A DNA stretch of 64,000 nucleotides from the NCBI GenBank assembly GCA_951406725.2, contig OX597835.1:20584001-20648000 (forward strand), given 5' to 3'. Below are positions 13,487 through 26,993 of the stretch, piece by piece. A program made the translations under genes and the position numbers. Positions within the stretch are counted from its first letter, which is position 1. The number at the start of each line of letters is the position of its first letter. This DNA comes from Octopus vulgaris (lineage: Eukaryota). The notes under the pieces were generated by a model. The model saw only the letters and a program-made list of their open reading frames with translations. It did no database searches and was not told the origin of the DNA.

Positions 13487-13867
13487 GGAAGCACTCCGTC
13501 AGTTACGACAACGAGAGTTCCGGTTGATCCGAATCAACGGAACAGCCTGCTCGGGAAATTAACGTGTAAGTGGCTGAGCACTCCACAGACACGTGTACTC
13601 TTAACGTAGTTCTCGGCGATATTCAGCGTGACACAGAGAGTGGCAAGGCCGACCCTTTGAAATACAGGTACGACAGAAGCAGGAAGTAAGAGTGGGAGAA
13701 AGTTGTGGTGAAAGAGTACGGCAAGGATCACCACCTTCCCTGCCGGAGCCTCGTCGAGCTTTTAGGTGTTTTCGCTCAATAAACACTCACAACGCCCGGT
13801 CTGGGAATCGAAACCGCGATCCTACGACCGCGAGTCCACTGCCCTAACCCTGGACCATTGCGCCTCC
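13487..13867 (-). mobile_element. SINE family A, tail type 2, with 13-bp TSD
   Basis: Flanked by ACATTGAAAAAAT at 13474-13486 and 13868-13880; the tail matches 61410-61781. Confidence 0.92.
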
Positions 13868-13950
13868 ACATTGAAAAAATACATATAACTTAACTATCTT
13901 TGTATTGCTTTTAAATCAAAGGAAAACATTTTTATATTGAGACAGACAGT

Positions 13951-14320
13951 TTATTCAGAATGATAAGATTTAAAAGAAGGAATTACACACCAATTTATCG
14001 TACAGACATCACAGCGTTATTTGCTTTCTCTTCTAATCTTCTTTCTTTTAGCGTCTCTCTTCTCTGCGCATTTTGCACACTGTCTTGTAAGTTTCTTTTT
14101 CTTATCACTTGGTGGCATTTCCATGGGAAGCTGGACAGCTGTGGCAAATCGTATTCGATTTGGGATCGATGATGGTCTTCTTGGTTTCGTGGAAGGCAAT
14201 AAGGGTCTATATTTTTCAACTGTAATATATTCCTTGCATCTAAACAACAGTAACTACATAATGGCTTTTGTAATACTGGAATAAGTAGAAGTGCTTCAAG
14301 AGACTACAATTGAGATTTTA
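13951..14320 (-). pseudogene. piggyBac transposase C-terminal cysteine-rich domain remnant
   Basis: The minus frame reads ...KKKLTRQCAKCAEKRDAKRKKIRRESK*RCDVCTINWCVIPSFKSYHSE*, matching the piggyBac CxxC...CxxC..LC..PCF..YH motif with one in-frame stop. A possible TTAA|CCC terminus lies at 13290-13297. Confidence 0.75.
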
Positions 14321-14389
14321 CCCTACCTACCTACACACACACATATATATATTATTGTTATTGTTTTTGCGTATTATTTTTGTATTCAT

Positions 14390-14634
14390 ATTCGTGTAAC
14401 ATCGTCCGTTTTTCCGTCATTTTTTTGTATACATTCGAAGATTTTTTCCAAGGAATCTAATGCGCTTAGCTTAGTATTACCTTGGGGCAGGCCAGATTGG
14501 AGCAATCTCAAGATTAATCAGCCGAAATTGCGAGGATGATCCGGTTCTTGACTGAAGATTGAAGGCTTCGAATATCCGGTCCGTGTTTTTTGTATCGTCT
14601 TCTAAATGTTTTGCGTTCTTGTCCCAGTTTTTAT

Positions 14635-14640
<6 letters not shown>
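14390..14640 (+). repeat. Interspersed repeat, probably a Penelope-type terminus (second copy at 60280-60505, -)
   Basis: Shares GGAGCAATCTCAAGATTAATCAGCCGA and TTTTGCGTTCTTGTCCCA with the second copy; ends at (TA)n. Confidence 0.7.
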
Positions 14641-14679
<39 letters not shown>

Positions 14680-15865
14680 TAGTTTAGCTGAGTTAAAATA
14701 AACTTCTAAGAGATAGAAGTATCCAGGCGTTTGTTTACTTAAGTGGATGAATGCTGAATGCGAGCGTGCATACGCATTTATATTAATGTTGAATTGTTTA
14801 TTTATTTTTGTGTGTGTGTGTGTATGATTGTATGAGCAAATTGTACTAAGATCTTACATCTGTAAAAACAATCTGCAAGTATTTTAATTCTAAATGTTAA
14901 TTATAAATTGCAATCATTAATTTAATTAGGGATATCTACTTCTACTTATTTAATTGACCACTAGGTTGACTGATTTATAGGTTGGTTACTCAATTAGCTG
15001 GAAAATTAGCTGTTTGTTAGGCTAATCACCTCATTCTTTTGGTGCACTGGATGGCAACCAGTAGACCCAAATTATGGCCTCTTACTCTAGTTCTTACCTC
15101 CTCTTAACTATAAATATTTCCATAATTTTCCTACGGGATAAATTCGTTTCACTACTTTTACAAATTTCCCATTCGTATTAAAAAGACTTTTGGACCATTT
15201 TCAACCCAAACTGTCCTACCCCCTGAATGTCCGAATAGATTCTTCTCTTAATATTTATTCCATAATATTATTTTTTTAATCTAGAATTTACTATCCTAAA
15301 CGTTTTAGAGCCCTTTCAAGATTCACCATTTTCGTATTCATCTATTTATTTATCTTACCCCGTTTAACGGTCTAAATAGCTGGTCTTTCTTTTTATTTCA
15401 ACTAACTAATTACATCGAACGTTGGACCTTGGTCTATCTCACTCCGGACAAAAGGTGGAAGGACTTAAACGCGTACTAGTAAATAAATAAAAATTACATT
15501 TCACCGATAAACGCTTTATTATGATTAATACTATTTATTATTACAACAAACATAATTATTATAAATTGGTATGATTAATCGAAAACCTTATTCGGTCTTC
15601 ACTCCCTTCTCCGGCTAAGAGCTATTGGCGCGTCCCATTATTATTATTTTTTTTTTTAGTCATACTATCCCCCACCACTGTACAAACGATTAATCCACCA
15701 TTTGCTATTTTGGTTTAGTCATTTACTTAACGTCCCAAAGAGGTACACAAGCAAAAAGGTATGATTGCAACCATATTCAGCTTATCTCTTTTCCTTCTCA
15801 TGCTCCTGTTTATTTATTCTTCACTCCGACGAAGCTCCATGTTTCAGATCGGCTTTTATCCTTCA

Positions 15866-15925
<60 letters not shown>

Positions 15926-16029
15926 TATATATTATGTATATGTATGTACATACATACATACATACAAACTTAATCGACATAACTCTTTGAAAGCGGCCAA
16001 TGCGATTTCGACCACGGGTCGGTATCCAA

Positions 16030-16315
16030 TATAGGAGACATCACTATCTACCTCATTCCTATATTTTCAGCTCCGTCCAATACGTGACCTTGTTTCTCTA
16101 ATAGTGACTAAAGCTTTAGTTACTTTAGTAATTTTCTGTCCTAAGTTTTCCACCCTTTCAGTAGAATGAATCAGAGGATATGATTTTTATTCTGGAATCA
16201 TCAAAAAGCTAGAGATACCCAACACTGAACTATGCAGCTTATATCAATAACCTAGCACTAACATCAGATACGATAGCAAAAGGAATTACACAAGTTCACT
16301 GTCTAGAAAAAAAGA
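16030..16315 (+). pseudogene. Decayed RTE-clade reverse transcriptase fragment
   Basis: The translation TLNYAAYINNLALTSDTIAKGITQVHCLEK resembles RTE DYADDLAL.SD.......LH.LE. An upstream QGD-like remnant (ATAGGAGAC) is present. Confidence 0.45.
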
Positions 16316-17527
16316 GTATTTATTTATTTCTGTGATACAGTAAATAACATTTATTGAAACCAGTATAAAATGTACCATGTCATCCTCATTTGGAAATATG
16401 CAAAAACAAGGTATTATCTACAGAGATAATGTGTTGGTGTATCTATATTAGACTACAGAGTTAAATGATTCAACATGGTATGACAACGAAAGCTATTAAG
16501 GAACCTTAACATGTACTTTCAATAGTAGCTCAATTTATGTTGTCGTATGGCTAATGAACCTGGATATCAACCAAATGAATCGAAATTATGTTGAATGGTA
16601 TTTATACGCATGCTCGAAATTAGTTAATTAGAAATATATCTGCATTATGCACTCCTTTATTTACTAAAATCATCCCTACCATCAACGGATGTGTCACCAC
16701 TAATAAACACCAGTCGATGGATGTATGTACCAAGCATTTGTCATATTCTTAATTGGCTTCTATCTAATACATACATAATTAACCTCTATCTAATACATAT
16801 TTTACTTATTTTTATTCTACTTTATTTTTCTGAAGCTCTGATAGTTGCGAATTCATTCTTAGGCAGAATTAATCAAACTAGGAAGTTCACCACTACACTA
16901 AAAAAGATGTCAATTCATTTTGAATGAAGAATATATGAATTAATATTGAAAACAAGAGCTTATGTGTTATTATTAACCGTTTTATCCCTCATAGGCAATC
17001 ATACATACATATGAGTGATTATTTGCAGCGTCCATATTTATCAATGATGTTTGAGTGTTTTATTTTTTCCTATCGAAATAGTGTGATCAACACCTAATCC
17101 TGTTAATAAAACTTTCAGCTGCTTGCATTAAGAGATTATACATAAAACCTCGAAGAAATAATTTATAAAAATCACAGTGCGGAAGGAGTACAGTTTTATT
17201 AAAAATATACTGTGCGCGTCACCTTATTTCCATAAAGAATCACTGCCTTACAGCAATGATCTGGGTAATAACATACAAGATATTGATTTAAATATAAGAA
17301 CATTTTTATTCTCTAAATTTCAATTGAAATTATTCCTCTATAAAGTTGAAGATAACTTAATAACTATGTACGCTCAATGATATTCCCGCTCTTATATATT
17401 GGCAAATACTTAAACACACCTGTAACAATCAAGATTAATTTGAAGATTAATATCTGAGTATTACTCTAAGCATAATAAAACTTTTAAATGTCACCTGATG
17501 AGATTTAAGAAATTTTCCAAATCATAC

Positions 17528-17912
17528 GCGCAGGAGTGGCTCTGTGGTAAGTAGCTTGCTTCAAACCACATGGTTCCGTGTTCATTCCAATTGCGTGGCA
17601 CCTTAGGCAAGTGTCTTCTACTATAACTTCGGGACGACCAAAGCCTTGCGAGTAGATTTGGTAGACGGAAACTGAAGGAAGCCCGTCTTATATATATCTA
17701 TATATATGTGTGTTTGTGTCAGTGTTTGTCTCCCAAACATCGCTTGACAACCGATGGTGTCTTTACGTCCTCGTAACTTAGCGGTTCGGCAAAAGATATC
17801 CGATAGAATAAGTGCTACCGTTACAAAAAATAAGTCCTAGGGTCGCCTAAAGGCGGTGCTCCAGCAAGGCCGCAGTCAAATGACTGAAACAAGTAAGAGC
17901 ATAAAGACTAAA
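17528..17912 (+). mobile_element. SINE family B, full length
   Basis: Head GCGCAGGAGTGGCT..GTGGTAAG, internal microsatellite and 3' end GGCCGCAGTCAAATGACTGAAACAAG. Confidence 0.9.
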
Positions 17913-18761
17913 ATATGATAGGCTGTGAGATGCCGGAATGTCAGAGTAGTTGTCTCCTCTTCTATCACAGACCCCAGGAAGGTAACGCTGCATACTGACC
18001 AAAGAGATTGTTTCCCTCATGCTATATCAGTCGCCGTTTCAGCAATAACTGAGAAGTTAATACTGCAACGGACCATTCTCCTGTTCATTGCATAATCATA
18101 GATACACGTGATGATAACGGGGCAAAGTTCCTTCCTACCATTCCTAGGATTCCTGAGAGACTTAAGACTTCGTTGCCTCACTTTTTAGCCGAACACAATA
18201 AAACGCTGCTTTCGTCATCTTTATTTTTAATCCCACTTCTAAGCGTTTAACGGCTGTTTTCCCATTCTTGGAGGCATCTTACTTTGGGCCACCTTACAAA
18301 AAGATATTTATTAAAACGAAAACGAGAAACGCCATTACTCCATATCGATTTTGCAACTGCGCATTCTGCACTGAAAATGCATCAAAAAGCATTACAAATC
18401 CGCATCGGAAAACCAAAGGAACTTACGATGCAGAGAAAGGATTCAGAGCTGAGACATTCATATTTTCCTTGAAAATGTTATAAACACAAACACACGCACA
18501 ACGCGCGCGCGAAAGCATGCACATTCGCACGTACACATGCACATACACACATGCACGTACACGCACACAGAGAAACACACATTCACAAACACTTGCATAC
18601 AAACATATTAACATACATACATACATATGCATATATATATATATATATATAATTGAAAAAATTGGGAGTCAATACGCCATAACATATATATAATTATATA
18701 TTCACATATGTATAATTTTCTTACAAACACATACACACACCACATATACTGACAAACATGG

Positions 18762-18823
<62 letters not shown>

Positions 18824-18972
18824 GCAATGAGGTAATCAGAAGATCGGATGGTTCATATTTATAGATATTTATTTATATATTACATTTTTTACATATATAT
18901 ATAATATCATTCAGATCATATATATATACACACACACACATAATTACGTGCTTAGATATATATATATATGTG

Positions 18973-19046
<74 letters not shown>

Positions 19047-19592
19047 CACCTATATATACGCACACACATATGTATACATATGTGTGTGTGTTTATGCGTG
19101 TGAGAGTGAGTACATGTATGTTAGTTTACGTGAATCTGCAAATCTTTTTCTATGTGTAACAAACAGTATGCAATGAGCTCTATTGAGTTCACCTCTCTTT
19201 ATATTACATCAAATATTTTATGTACGATACAGAAAATGTCATCTGTATAAGCTAGATGAGGCATCATGCGTCTATTCTTCGTTTTTTCGCCCGCTAAATG
19301 AAAAGTTTCTGCTGCAATATTCAATAAAGGTATGCATACAGCAATATAATTGTGCTCCCAATTAACAGTATTGTGTTTCATTTCGTAAGTTCATGGTTTC
19401 AACTCGATTCAGTGCAAACGAAGACAAAATAAACGAGACATCCTGCTTGTGTATGTATATATATATAATTTACAAGATAAGGGCAGAAGAAAAATTCTAA
19501 TGCCAGATACGCCGAAACAAAAAAATTGTCGATAACCATTAAATTTATGCGTCTCGAAACAGACCGATAGAAATCTCTAAAAAAATTCGTTA

Positions 19593-19653
19593 GTACCGTA
19601 TTGGTCCAATTTCGGGGTTAATTCACAAGAAATTTTCCCCTCTTCAGCGGCAC
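19593..19653 (-). ncRNA. Type I hammerhead ribozyme, apparently intact
   Basis: The minus strand reads GTGCCG CTGAAGA GGGG AAAATTTCTTGTGAATTAA CCCC GAAA TTGGACCAA TA CGGTAC. All core nucleotides are present, stems I-III pair, and the cleavage triplet is AUA. Confidence 0.82.
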
Positions 19654-19770
19654 ATACGCGAGATATAAATGAAATACTTATTCATACCCACGGAAGAAGC
19701 AAGCACCAAGTCCCGAGCAGACTTAAGTACCCCAAATATATCCAAATTATATCCTATTTTATCCTATATC

Positions 19771-19806
<36 letters not shown>

Positions 19807-19879
19807 TCTGTATGTTATATATACTTGTTAGTCCTGATGTTTTTACTGTGTAGTTGTCTGGAGTTCTTTTATATCTAAT

Positions 19880-20945
19880 GCGACACCTTATGATAGAAAT
19901 TGCTTCTGTTTTTAGACTCTACATTCGTGTTGCCTATTTTTCAAGGTCTTTGTAACTTGAAAGTGTCTTTCTTTCGTTTAGAGAAACATTGTCATTTGTT
20001 GGTATTGATACGTTGATTAGAAGGCATTTTGTTTGTTGTTGGTGATCTCTGACAACTATATCTGGCCTATTGGACTTGATTTCTCTATCTGTGTGGAGTG
20101 GAATATCCCTTCTTAGCCAGAATTTGGCAGCTAGAGACAATATGATTTATTGTTTCTTCTCCATCTCCACATATTCTTCAGTTACTTGTATTTCTTTTTT
20201 TTTTCTATGTTTTTGGTGATTCCTGGTGGAATACTTCGATCTTGTTCACCTATTAAAAATCTTTCAGTTTCTGCTTTGAGTCCTGAGCTTCTTAGTGATT
20301 GCTGGGATTTTGCTTTGTCTATGTCTTTTCTGTTTAATGTAATCCAGTATTTGCCATGAAGGGGTTTTTCTTGCCATCATTTTCTAATGATCCGTTGTTG
20401 TTCTAGTTTGAATTTACAGTTGTTTTACAGCTTTTGTTGTTTCCTCTTTTTCTTCATAGTTCTTTTTTTTTATTTGTCAGATACTTCAATGATGGAAAAC
20501 TGGTTTTCGTCTTGTTCATGTTTTGTGGCTATTTGTATTAGTTTTCCTTGCTTCTGAAGTAGGCATTTCTGTAGTGCTATGGTGGTTAGTTTGCAATATT
20601 TCTCTTGCTGTATAAGGCCTCTTCCACCTCCGATACGTTGTATATAGAGCATTTATATGTCAAAATTTGGGTGGTGCATCCTAAATCCAGTCATTATCTT
20701 TCTTGTTTTCTTGTCTATTTTGATCAGTTCATTTAGAGTCCAGTTAAGAGGTATTGTAGCCATAACTTATAACAAGGACGCCTATTGTGTTAATACCTAT
20801 TATCTTGTTTTTCGCATTGAGCTCTGTTTTCAGTATTAATATGTCTCGTCTATAGTATTCCATTTTTATCTTCTTTCATTTGTGTGTGTTGCATCAAATC
20901 TAGTTCATTGATGCCTAAGTATTTATATGTCTGGCTAGATATTTC
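19880..20945 (-). pseudogene. R4/Dong-like non-LTR retrotransposon remnant (late RT to restriction-like endonuclease)
   Basis: Motifs YKYLGI, HPKFDINALYIQRIGGGRGL, WQEKPLHGKY, SSGLKAETE and NRPDIVVRD...CLLINVSIP (RLE PD..D); frameshifted. Confidence 0.85.
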
Positions 20946-21488
20946 TATAGGTGATTATTAATATTATTATTATTGAGTGAGAAAGCAATGCATATCATCA
21001 AAGTGACACTGGGCTAAAATATACGAAGCCCAGTATAAGTATTATGATTACCCATCTGATAAGGGTACAGCAGACGCATGCATTACAACCACATGTGCAC
21101 AACATGGTAATCTCATGTCAATATTATCATTGCAGGTAGGGCCCAGTTAAAATTTTCTACAGGTCGCGTAGCTCGATTAAAAAGTCCCTGAATAAGGATT
21201 GCTTAAGGATGTTGAACGAAACTCCCATGTTTCCAGGAGTGAATTACCTAAACCGCAAAGAATTCCTATCAACACATGAGTATGATGCTGCCCCAGTACT
21301 TCTGCTTGTGATCAGAGATGCACATATTGTCAGCCACTAAGGGCCATGACTGACTGAGTTCAAGCAACTGACAGGCAAATCTGTGGTATTCAGCAGAATA
21401 TTTGCGTAGCCCATCTTTTATACGAAGACAAATCAATGTCCATAACACTTCAAACCAAGATTAAAAGCCATGAAAGCTATTGCTTGGT

Positions 21489-21503
21489 AGCAGCAGTGTT
21501 AGT

Positions 21504-21580
<77 letters not shown>

Positions 21581-21596
21581 AAGTAGTAGTAGTAGC
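21489..21596. repeat. (GCA)n-(GTA)n compound trinucleotide repeat
   Basis: Seen directly. Confidence 0.95.
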
Positions 21597-21807
21597 GATA
21601 TTGTTGTTGTCATACATTCGGCTAGACTGATATCCTGGTATTAGAACTGAGTATAGATATACTTCACAAAGAGAAGTGAATATGACAAGGGAATAAAAAG
21701 TACCGTTGTGCAACGGAAATGGCGGTAGGATGTCGTAAATATATAACTTGTATTACAACTATATACACTGATACACACAAACACATACACCGATACACAC
21801 ACAGAGA

Positions 21808-21843
<36 letters not shown>

Positions 21844-22066
21844 AAAAAGGAGATGTGGAACACGAGTTGTGATATATAAAAAAGGAAATGAAGAAAATGC
21901 TGACAAAATAATTTAAGTAATTTAAGTAATTTAATTAGGTGAAAGTTATTTTTACCGGTTGCGCATTTGTTATGCTTATCAAAAGATGTTTTTTTAAGAG
22001 CGATAGAGTTACTTTCTGTTCATTTCCTTTTTATATATATATATATACATAACATATGGTTATATA

Positions 22067-22115
<49 letters not shown>

Positions 22116-22726
22116 GAATATGCATATAATAGTTCGTACATGTGATATTAGTGACGGTATTATAGGTTAAGTATGTACGTATGTACGTATTATCTAATAC
22201 AGGTTGAATTAGCCGGACATTGGTTTATGCATAGCTTCGAAGTAAATTCCTTCACAGCCGATCAATTACAGACACATGCGCACACAAACACACACACATT
22301 TACATACACATATACATTCACATTTACATACACATATACCTATAGATACATATATCTTTGCATACGTATACTTAAATAAACTGATAAAAGTGTATATGTG
22401 TGTCTCTATGTATGTATATATATAAAATATATAATTATATATATATATACATAACAGGTGTGTGTGTGTGTGTAATTTTCTCTGTGCGGCTTAGTGTTAT
22501 ATAGGTGTCATTCGAACAAACATATACACACATCTCCATTAATATCATGCTAATTAACCATATTTTTATCTGTTATATTAATCACCTCCCAAATACATAT
22601 GTGGCTGAGCTTGTAGTCGCTTTTCGCGTGGCTCCTGTGCATAGAAGTGCCAAACACTTAGTGAACATTAAGGCATACCTGTAATCAGATTAAACATATA
22701 ATATGCCTAGGCGCATTCAAAACAGC

Positions 22727-22778
<52 letters not shown>

Positions 22779-22936
22779 ATGTGTGTGTGTGTGTGTCTGT
22801 GTGTCTGTCTGTGTGCTTATGTATACGCATATAGACATATATATATATATACATACACATATATACATATCTATATACTTCCATTTATGCATAACATATA
22901 TATATCCATGTATATGCATACACACACATTTATATA

Positions 22937-22975
<39 letters not shown>

Positions 22976-22998
22976 AGAGAGAGAGGGAAATACAGATT

Positions 22999-23066
<68 letters not shown>

Positions 23067-23772
23067 AGTGTATGTGTATGTATATATGAGTGTATGTGTA
23101 TGCATGTATGAGTGTATGTATACATATGTATGTGTGTATGCATACATATATATGTGTGTATGTATATATATATGTATGTGTGTACGTATATATATATGTG
23201 CGTTTGGGTGTGTGTGTTGAAACCATGTATATCGGGTGAAGAAATTCGGTTATGTGACGTATTGATGATATTCCAGATGTAGAATCGACTGTTCAGTTCA
23301 GCAGCTGATCCTATTTCCATTCCATTAATGAACGTATATAAGATTTGAATTAGCAGATCATCACCATTGTTGATCTTCCACAGAAATATCGGCAATAAAA
23401 GGTGTAAATCAACATTGATTTTCTTTGACCCGTCTCAACCATAATCTTTTTGCGTTCTCTCCCACACCATCCTACTATCTCACCTAACACTACCGTCTAT
23501 TAATTTTCTTTCCCCAACACCGGAATCCATGCATAGCCTGTACAAAGCTTTGACACTTCCACAATTCTGTTGTGTGATTTCTCATTCAATATTCCTTTAG
23601 AAAGAATAGGCTAAAAGTTTTGAATACTCGATCGTAAAAGCAGCGCAAAATAAAGAATAGCGTGCGCAGACACTTGTGATAAAGTGTGAGCCGTGAACTG
23701 ATCCTGAGAAGGAGATAGGGAAAGAGAGGTTTTCAAGGATAATGTGTATTTGTGTTTACTTGTCGGTATTAC

Positions 23773-23807
<35 letters not shown>

Positions 23808-23847
23808 AATTAATATACGTGCATGCATATGAGCAAATATGGCTCTG

Positions 23848-23886
<39 letters not shown>

Positions 23887-23896
23887 GGTATACATT

Positions 23897-23953
<57 letters not shown>

Positions 23954-24102
23954 GTACGTATATATTTACTTATACATATACGCATATATACATATATATG
24001 TATACACGTCTATGAATATATATATATATGTATATATATACATACATACGTATATATTTACTTATTACATATACGCATATAAACATATATATACACGTCT
24101 AC

Positions 24103-24160
<58 letters not shown>

Positions 24161-24977
24161 AAACACAGGCTGATGATGGAGACAGAGAATATTTAATCGA
24201 GTGTGCTGAAGGAAAAGCGATAGCAACATAATGAGAATGGGAGAAGCGTGCGTATTTACAGAACGATTTGAAAGTGTAGGATAAAACCGAAGGCTTATCG
24301 TTGGCAACGCACTTTCCAGTCGAATTGACAATCGATAAAATTGTAATGTACTTTTGTTTTTCATTTTGTACTCTTAATCGTCAAATGTGTTGTTCTCAAA
24401 TAAGTATATTTGTAGGGTGCACTGATGATAATTTTCATTCGCACACATGCAGTCATAAATATTTGCTTATGTCGGTCTGAGAAGGCATATGTTATCATGC
24501 TCTCAATTGAGGGCCAGCCACAGGCATTTTTATAACCCAAGCTAAATGACTTTCAGTTCTCGTTATAGTTAACGATCCTTGTTCTTTCTCTCGATTTCTC
24601 TTTCTCTCCTGCCTTCTCTAACTCTCTCCTTCTCCCCATCTGTCTTCCACTCTCTCTGTCGGACCGACTTGAATTTGAGAGAGGCATGGCCTCTTCCGTA
24701 CATCCAGAATACCGTAAGACATCTACTATATTGTGTGACATGCGAGTTTGGTGATAATTTGACCACCGTCAAAAGTGTATCTATTTGGACCTTTTATTAT
24801 TCGATGCTGTCGATAAAGCGGAACGCATGGTTCTTACATATCGTGGGTATTGACTGTAAACTGTTGAGGTCTCTGCCCCTATAATTGGCGTAGATGGTCC
24901 ATATCCGTCACAAAATTCAGATAAAGAATCTCCGACATCGAAGAACCTACCATTTCTGAAGTTTTTGTTGTTGTTGT

Positions 24978-25190
24978 TACTCTTTTACTTGTTTCAGTCA
25001 TTTGACTGCGGTCATGCTGGAGCACCGCCTTTAATCGAGCAACTCGACCCCGGGACTGATTCTTTTGTAAGCCCAGTACTTATTCTATCGGACTGTTTTG
25101 CCGAACCGCTATGTAACGGGGACATAAACACACCAGCATCGGTTGTCAAGCAATGCTAGGGGGACAATCACAGACACGCAAACACTCACA

Positions 25191-25241
<51 letters not shown>

Positions 25242-25392
25242 GACGGGCTTCTTTCAGTTTCCGTCTACCAAATCCACTCACAAGGCTTTGGTCGGCCCGA
25301 GGCTATAATAGAAGATGCCCAAGATGCCACGCAGTGGGACTGAACACGGAACCATGTGGTTGGTAAGCTAGCTCCTTACCACATAGCCACTT
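24978..25392 (-). mobile_element. SINE family B
   Basis: Reverse complement of the B copies, including the internal microsatellite. Confidence 0.9.
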
Positions 25393-25700
25393 GCTTTTTT
25401 TTTGTAATGGAGATTTAATTGTCAAATCATTCCAGCCGTAATAACGATCCTCCGTCGTCACGCAATATATTTCATTCTAACACCTAAGGTGATATACACC
25501 AGGGAGATAGACTGAATATCATATAGAAAAAATACAACCCATTTGATATAAATTTGATACTGACGTCGGTACTTGGGGTATTGTTTTCAATCTCGGATGT
25601 AATGTTAAAGTAGAAATTACACGCAGTAAAGGGCAATTTTTTCATTTGTATTCGTTCTCAATAACGCGAAATTATAGAGTAAAATGCGTTTCACTTATTG

Positions 25701-26037
25701 CTGAGACCCCCTTCGGTCACGACTGACCGTGGGATTGCACCTTGAAAGTTGACCTCTCAGGTACAAGTCCGGGCAAGGTTGTTTATGGAATCCAGCAGTC
25801 ACACATGCAAACCGGCTTCCCCTCTCCACGCCAACTGTGTTATCCAAGGGAAAGGCAAATGCCGATACAACTTGGCACCTGTGATGTTGCAACTCATTTC
25901 TACAGCTGAGTGAACTGGAGCAACGTGAAATAAAGTGTCTTACGCAAGAACACAACACGCAGCCCGGTCCGGGATTCGAACTAAGAACCTCACGATCATA
26001 GGCTCGACGCTCTAACCACTGAGCCATGCGCCTTCAC
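25701..26037 (-). mobile_element. SINE family D, near full length
   Basis: Minus head GAAGGCGCATGGCTCAGTGG...GTTCGAATCCC; colinear with 7648-7925 and extends further 3'. Confidence 0.88.
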
Positions 26038-26451
26038 ACTTACTTGTACCAGTAAAAAAAAAAAACAGTAAAAACAGTTACGAACTTTAAGGAATTACGT
26101 TGGAATAATGCTTGAGAAAATAATTTAAATTCATATTTTCTTGAAAGGTACAATCCATCTACACGTTTGAGTTAATTTCTACATATTATCTTTTATTTTT
26201 ACAAAAACTAAATCCTTTTTTTTTTTCATATGATACACTAGAAAACAGGTACATAAAATAGACTATGGCAAAATAAAGACGTCACGATATATTTGGAATT
26301 CCGTTTCAAAGAATAATATTTCCTATTATTTCATTACCGATTTCATTTCTACTTACATTTGTATATTTTAGTGCAAATAATGTTCTGTGACTTCAATAAC
26401 AGTTGAAGCATTTTGTCTTAGGTTAGGTGCAGAAAAGGATCGGAGAATCTA

Positions 26452-26993
26452 TTCGGTTGTCCGGAAAATTCGTGCAGATATTTTTAAAGGAAAGAATAAG
26501 GTCAATAAATATATGCCATTACATTTTTAATCAACCAAATATGAAGCATTTTGATGCACAATGCGTCTCCATCTTTCCTTTAACTTGAAAATACCCTCTT
26601 CCCAGAATTGAGGTGGTTTCATGGCAAAGAATTCATCAAGGTATCTTTTTACGTCATCCAAGGAATTGAAATTTTTACCATTAAGACTATTCAGCAGAGA
26701 CCTGAATAAGTGGAAATCCGAAGGAGCAATATCTGGTGAAAATGGAGGGTAGGGTAACACATCAATTTTTGTCTGGTTCCCAAAGAATCAAATGCCGAAA
26801 ATGAACTTTCTTATCTTCCATTTTAAATGGTTACAGAATTAAACACAGGTTATAGCAACGTAAACTTTCTTCCACGAATCGATAGCTTAAACTGTGCTCT
26901 GAGTGGAGCTGTAGTCAAATCCTATTTTATGGACTCAACCATGTTTTAGAGTAAGTCGAAAGGTAATCGGCACGAACTTTCCGGACAACCCAA
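26452..26993 (-). mobile_element. Internally deleted mariner (DD34D) element
   Basis: TIRs TTCGGTTGTCCGGAAAATTCGTGC / GCACGAACTTTCCGGACAACCCAA with TA on both sides. The N-terminus MEDKKVHFRHL is joined to the C-terminus PPFSPDIAPSDFHLFRSL...KLKERW. Confidence 0.92.

Noticed and set aside
14550-14582. Hammerhead at GACTGAAGATTGAAGGCTTCGAATATCCGGTC
   Set aside because: It has CTGAAGA but GAAT instead of GAAA in both window copies, and stems II and III are unconvincing.
17495-17520. CTGATGA...GAAA match (also 40105 and 24170)
   Set aside because: There are no pairing stems I-III; these are chance core matches in AT-rich DNA.
20980-21488. Possible interspersed repeat or LINE piece between (TTA)n and (GCA)n
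   Set aside because: There is only one copy in the window and no diagnostic motif; it cannot be classified without a database search.
23220-23395. Non-repetitive minus ORF segment [15 protein letters not shown]... as a host exon
   Set aside because: It has no recognisable domain or convincing splice context and runs into a microsatellite.
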